A stretch of 64,000 nt of DNA from Solirubrobacterales bacterium (GTDB lineage: Bacteria > Bacillota > Syntrophomonadia > Syntrophomonadales > DTU052), in NCBI GenBank assembly GCA_050258755.1, contig JBLMZI010000011.1, forward strand, positions 198,751 through 262,750. Direction: 5' to 3'. The notes beneath the pieces are model-generated. The model searched no databases and was not told where the DNA came from. It saw only the letters and a program-made list of their open reading frames with translations. The position numbers and the translations under genes were made by a program. Positions 63,150-64,000 of this stretch are shown here, piece by piece (positions within the stretch are counted from its first letter, which is position 1; each line of letters starts with the position of its first letter).

Positions 63150-64000
63150 AATGGCTTCAATCTTACGGCATTCAGACCCTCGTGGTGCTTGCGGTAATCA
63201 GTTTCCCGATCCTGAGCGACAGCCCGTATTTACAGAGTACGTTGATTTTTATTGGCATCTACTCGATTGTTACCATTAGCTTGTGCTTGCTGATGGGCTA
63301 TGCCGGCCAGATCTCGCTGGGGCATGCCGCCTTCTTCGGCCTCGGGGCCTATGGTTCAGGGATTCTCACCGCTAAATATGGGATCAATCCCTGGGCCGGA
63401 ATGCTTGCGGCCGCAGTCATTACCGGCTTTATAGCCTGGATCATCGGGATCCCCACCCTCCGGCTGAAAGAGCACTTCCTGGCCCTGGCTACCCTCGGTT
63501 TTGGGGTCATTGTTTACATTTGCCTGACGCAGCTAACCGCGCTGACCGGCGGACCATCCGGCTTGACCGGGATTCCGCCCCTTTCAATCGGGGCGTTTCA
63601 GTTCACAACGGATTTCAGCTATTACTACCTTGTTTGGGCGTTTGTTCTAATTACGATGTTCATTGCCTCCAACATTGTCAATTCGCGGCTCGGACGAGCC
63701 CTGAAGGCCATTCATGGGTCGGAAGCGGCCGCCGAAGCGATGGGAATCGATACAGCCGCGGTAAAACTTCAGATTTTCGTGGTCAGCGCGGTCTTTGCCA
63801 GTCTGGCGGGCAGCCTGTACGCGCATTACATTACGATGATCAATCCTTCGCCGTTTGGATTTAAAATGTCGATTGAATTTGTCACTATGGCTGTGGTTGG
63901 CGGGATTGCGAGCATATGGGGACCGATGCTCGGGGTCGCTGCGGTAACGGCACTGACCGAAATGCTGCGCGAAGCGATTCCGGCCGTGATTCCAAGCGCG
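63146..64000 (+). CDS. livM: Branched-chain amino acid ABC transporter permease (LivM family), 3' end outside the window
   Basis: My own translation from the ATG overlapping the livH stop (ATGA): MKWLQSYGIQTLVVLAV...LLMGYAGQISLGHAAFFGLGAYG...ALKAIHGSEAAAEAMGID. The frame stays open to position 64000. Confidence 0.85.
   Translation, partial: MKWLQSYGIQTLVVLAVISFPILSDSPYLQSTLIFIGIYSIVTISLCLLMGYAGQISLGHAAFFGLGAYGSGILTAKYGINPWAGMLAAAVITGFIAWIIGIPTLRLKEHFLALATLGFGVIVYICLTQLTALTGGPSGLTGIPPLSIGAFQFTTDFSYYYLVWAFVLITMFIASNIVNSRLGRALKAIHGSEAAAEAMGIDTAAVKLQIFVVSAVFASLAGSLYAHYITMINPSPFGFKMSIEFVTMAVVGGIASIWGPMLGVAAVTALTEMLREAIPAVIPSA

Noticed and set aside
1-64000. A search for CRISPR arrays, transposases, integrases, phage genes, toxin-antitoxin pairs, restriction-modification or other defence systems, and for tRNA/rRNA genes
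   Set aside because: None was seen. Every large ORF is accounted for by housekeeping, redox, transport or signalling functions, and the intergenic gaps show no tRNA-like or repeat-spacer structure.

Overview
This looks like a densely packed chromosomal segment (about 56 CDS on both strands) from a moderately GC-rich Gram-positive anaerobe. The Clostridia/Peptococcaceae-like assignment is inference, based on GGAGG-type Shine-Dalgarno sites, a GerMN sporulation-type protein, many ferredoxin-domain redox enzymes and a sigma-54 activator. I saw no rRNA, tRNA, CRISPR array, transposase, integrase, phage gene or recognisable defence system.

Gene content:
- Translation and tRNA modification: AsnRS, GlnRS, QueG.
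- Redox and repair: MsrAB, a glutaredoxin-like protein with an FTR-like ferredoxin:disulfide reductase, two ferredoxin-nitroreductase fusions, DUF362, a flavin reductase.
- A three-subunit xanthine-dehydrogenase-family molybdoenzyme cluster with MocA-like and P-loop accessory genes.
- Acyl-CoA metabolism: family III CoA-transferase, crotonase, acyl-CoA dehydrogenase, But/4-HB-type CoA-transferase.
- Transporters: ABC-2 exporter, EamA, TRIC, Liv-type ABC importer.
- An unusually high density of signalling genes: five-PAS histidine kinase with an REC-HD-GYP regulator, an MBL hydrolase fused to two cNMP-binding domains, a CBS-PAS sigma-54 activator with a readable UAS/-24/-12 circuit, an ECF sigma/anti-sigma operon, a polytopic membrane LuxR regulator, LysR, XRE and a soluble MCP.

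The standout is an orphan giant flagellin gene (36647-41839, minus strand, about 1,730 aa). It has canonical flagellin termini around a roughly 1,400-aa insert that contains divergent tandem modules.

Secondary curiosities are a secreted protein made of three Trp-rich ~100-aa repeats, an orphan promoter-plus-terminator unit upstream of the glutaredoxin/FDR operon, and a TRIC channel gene that seems to need a non-canonical start codon. All functional calls come from motif recognition by eye. No database search was run.
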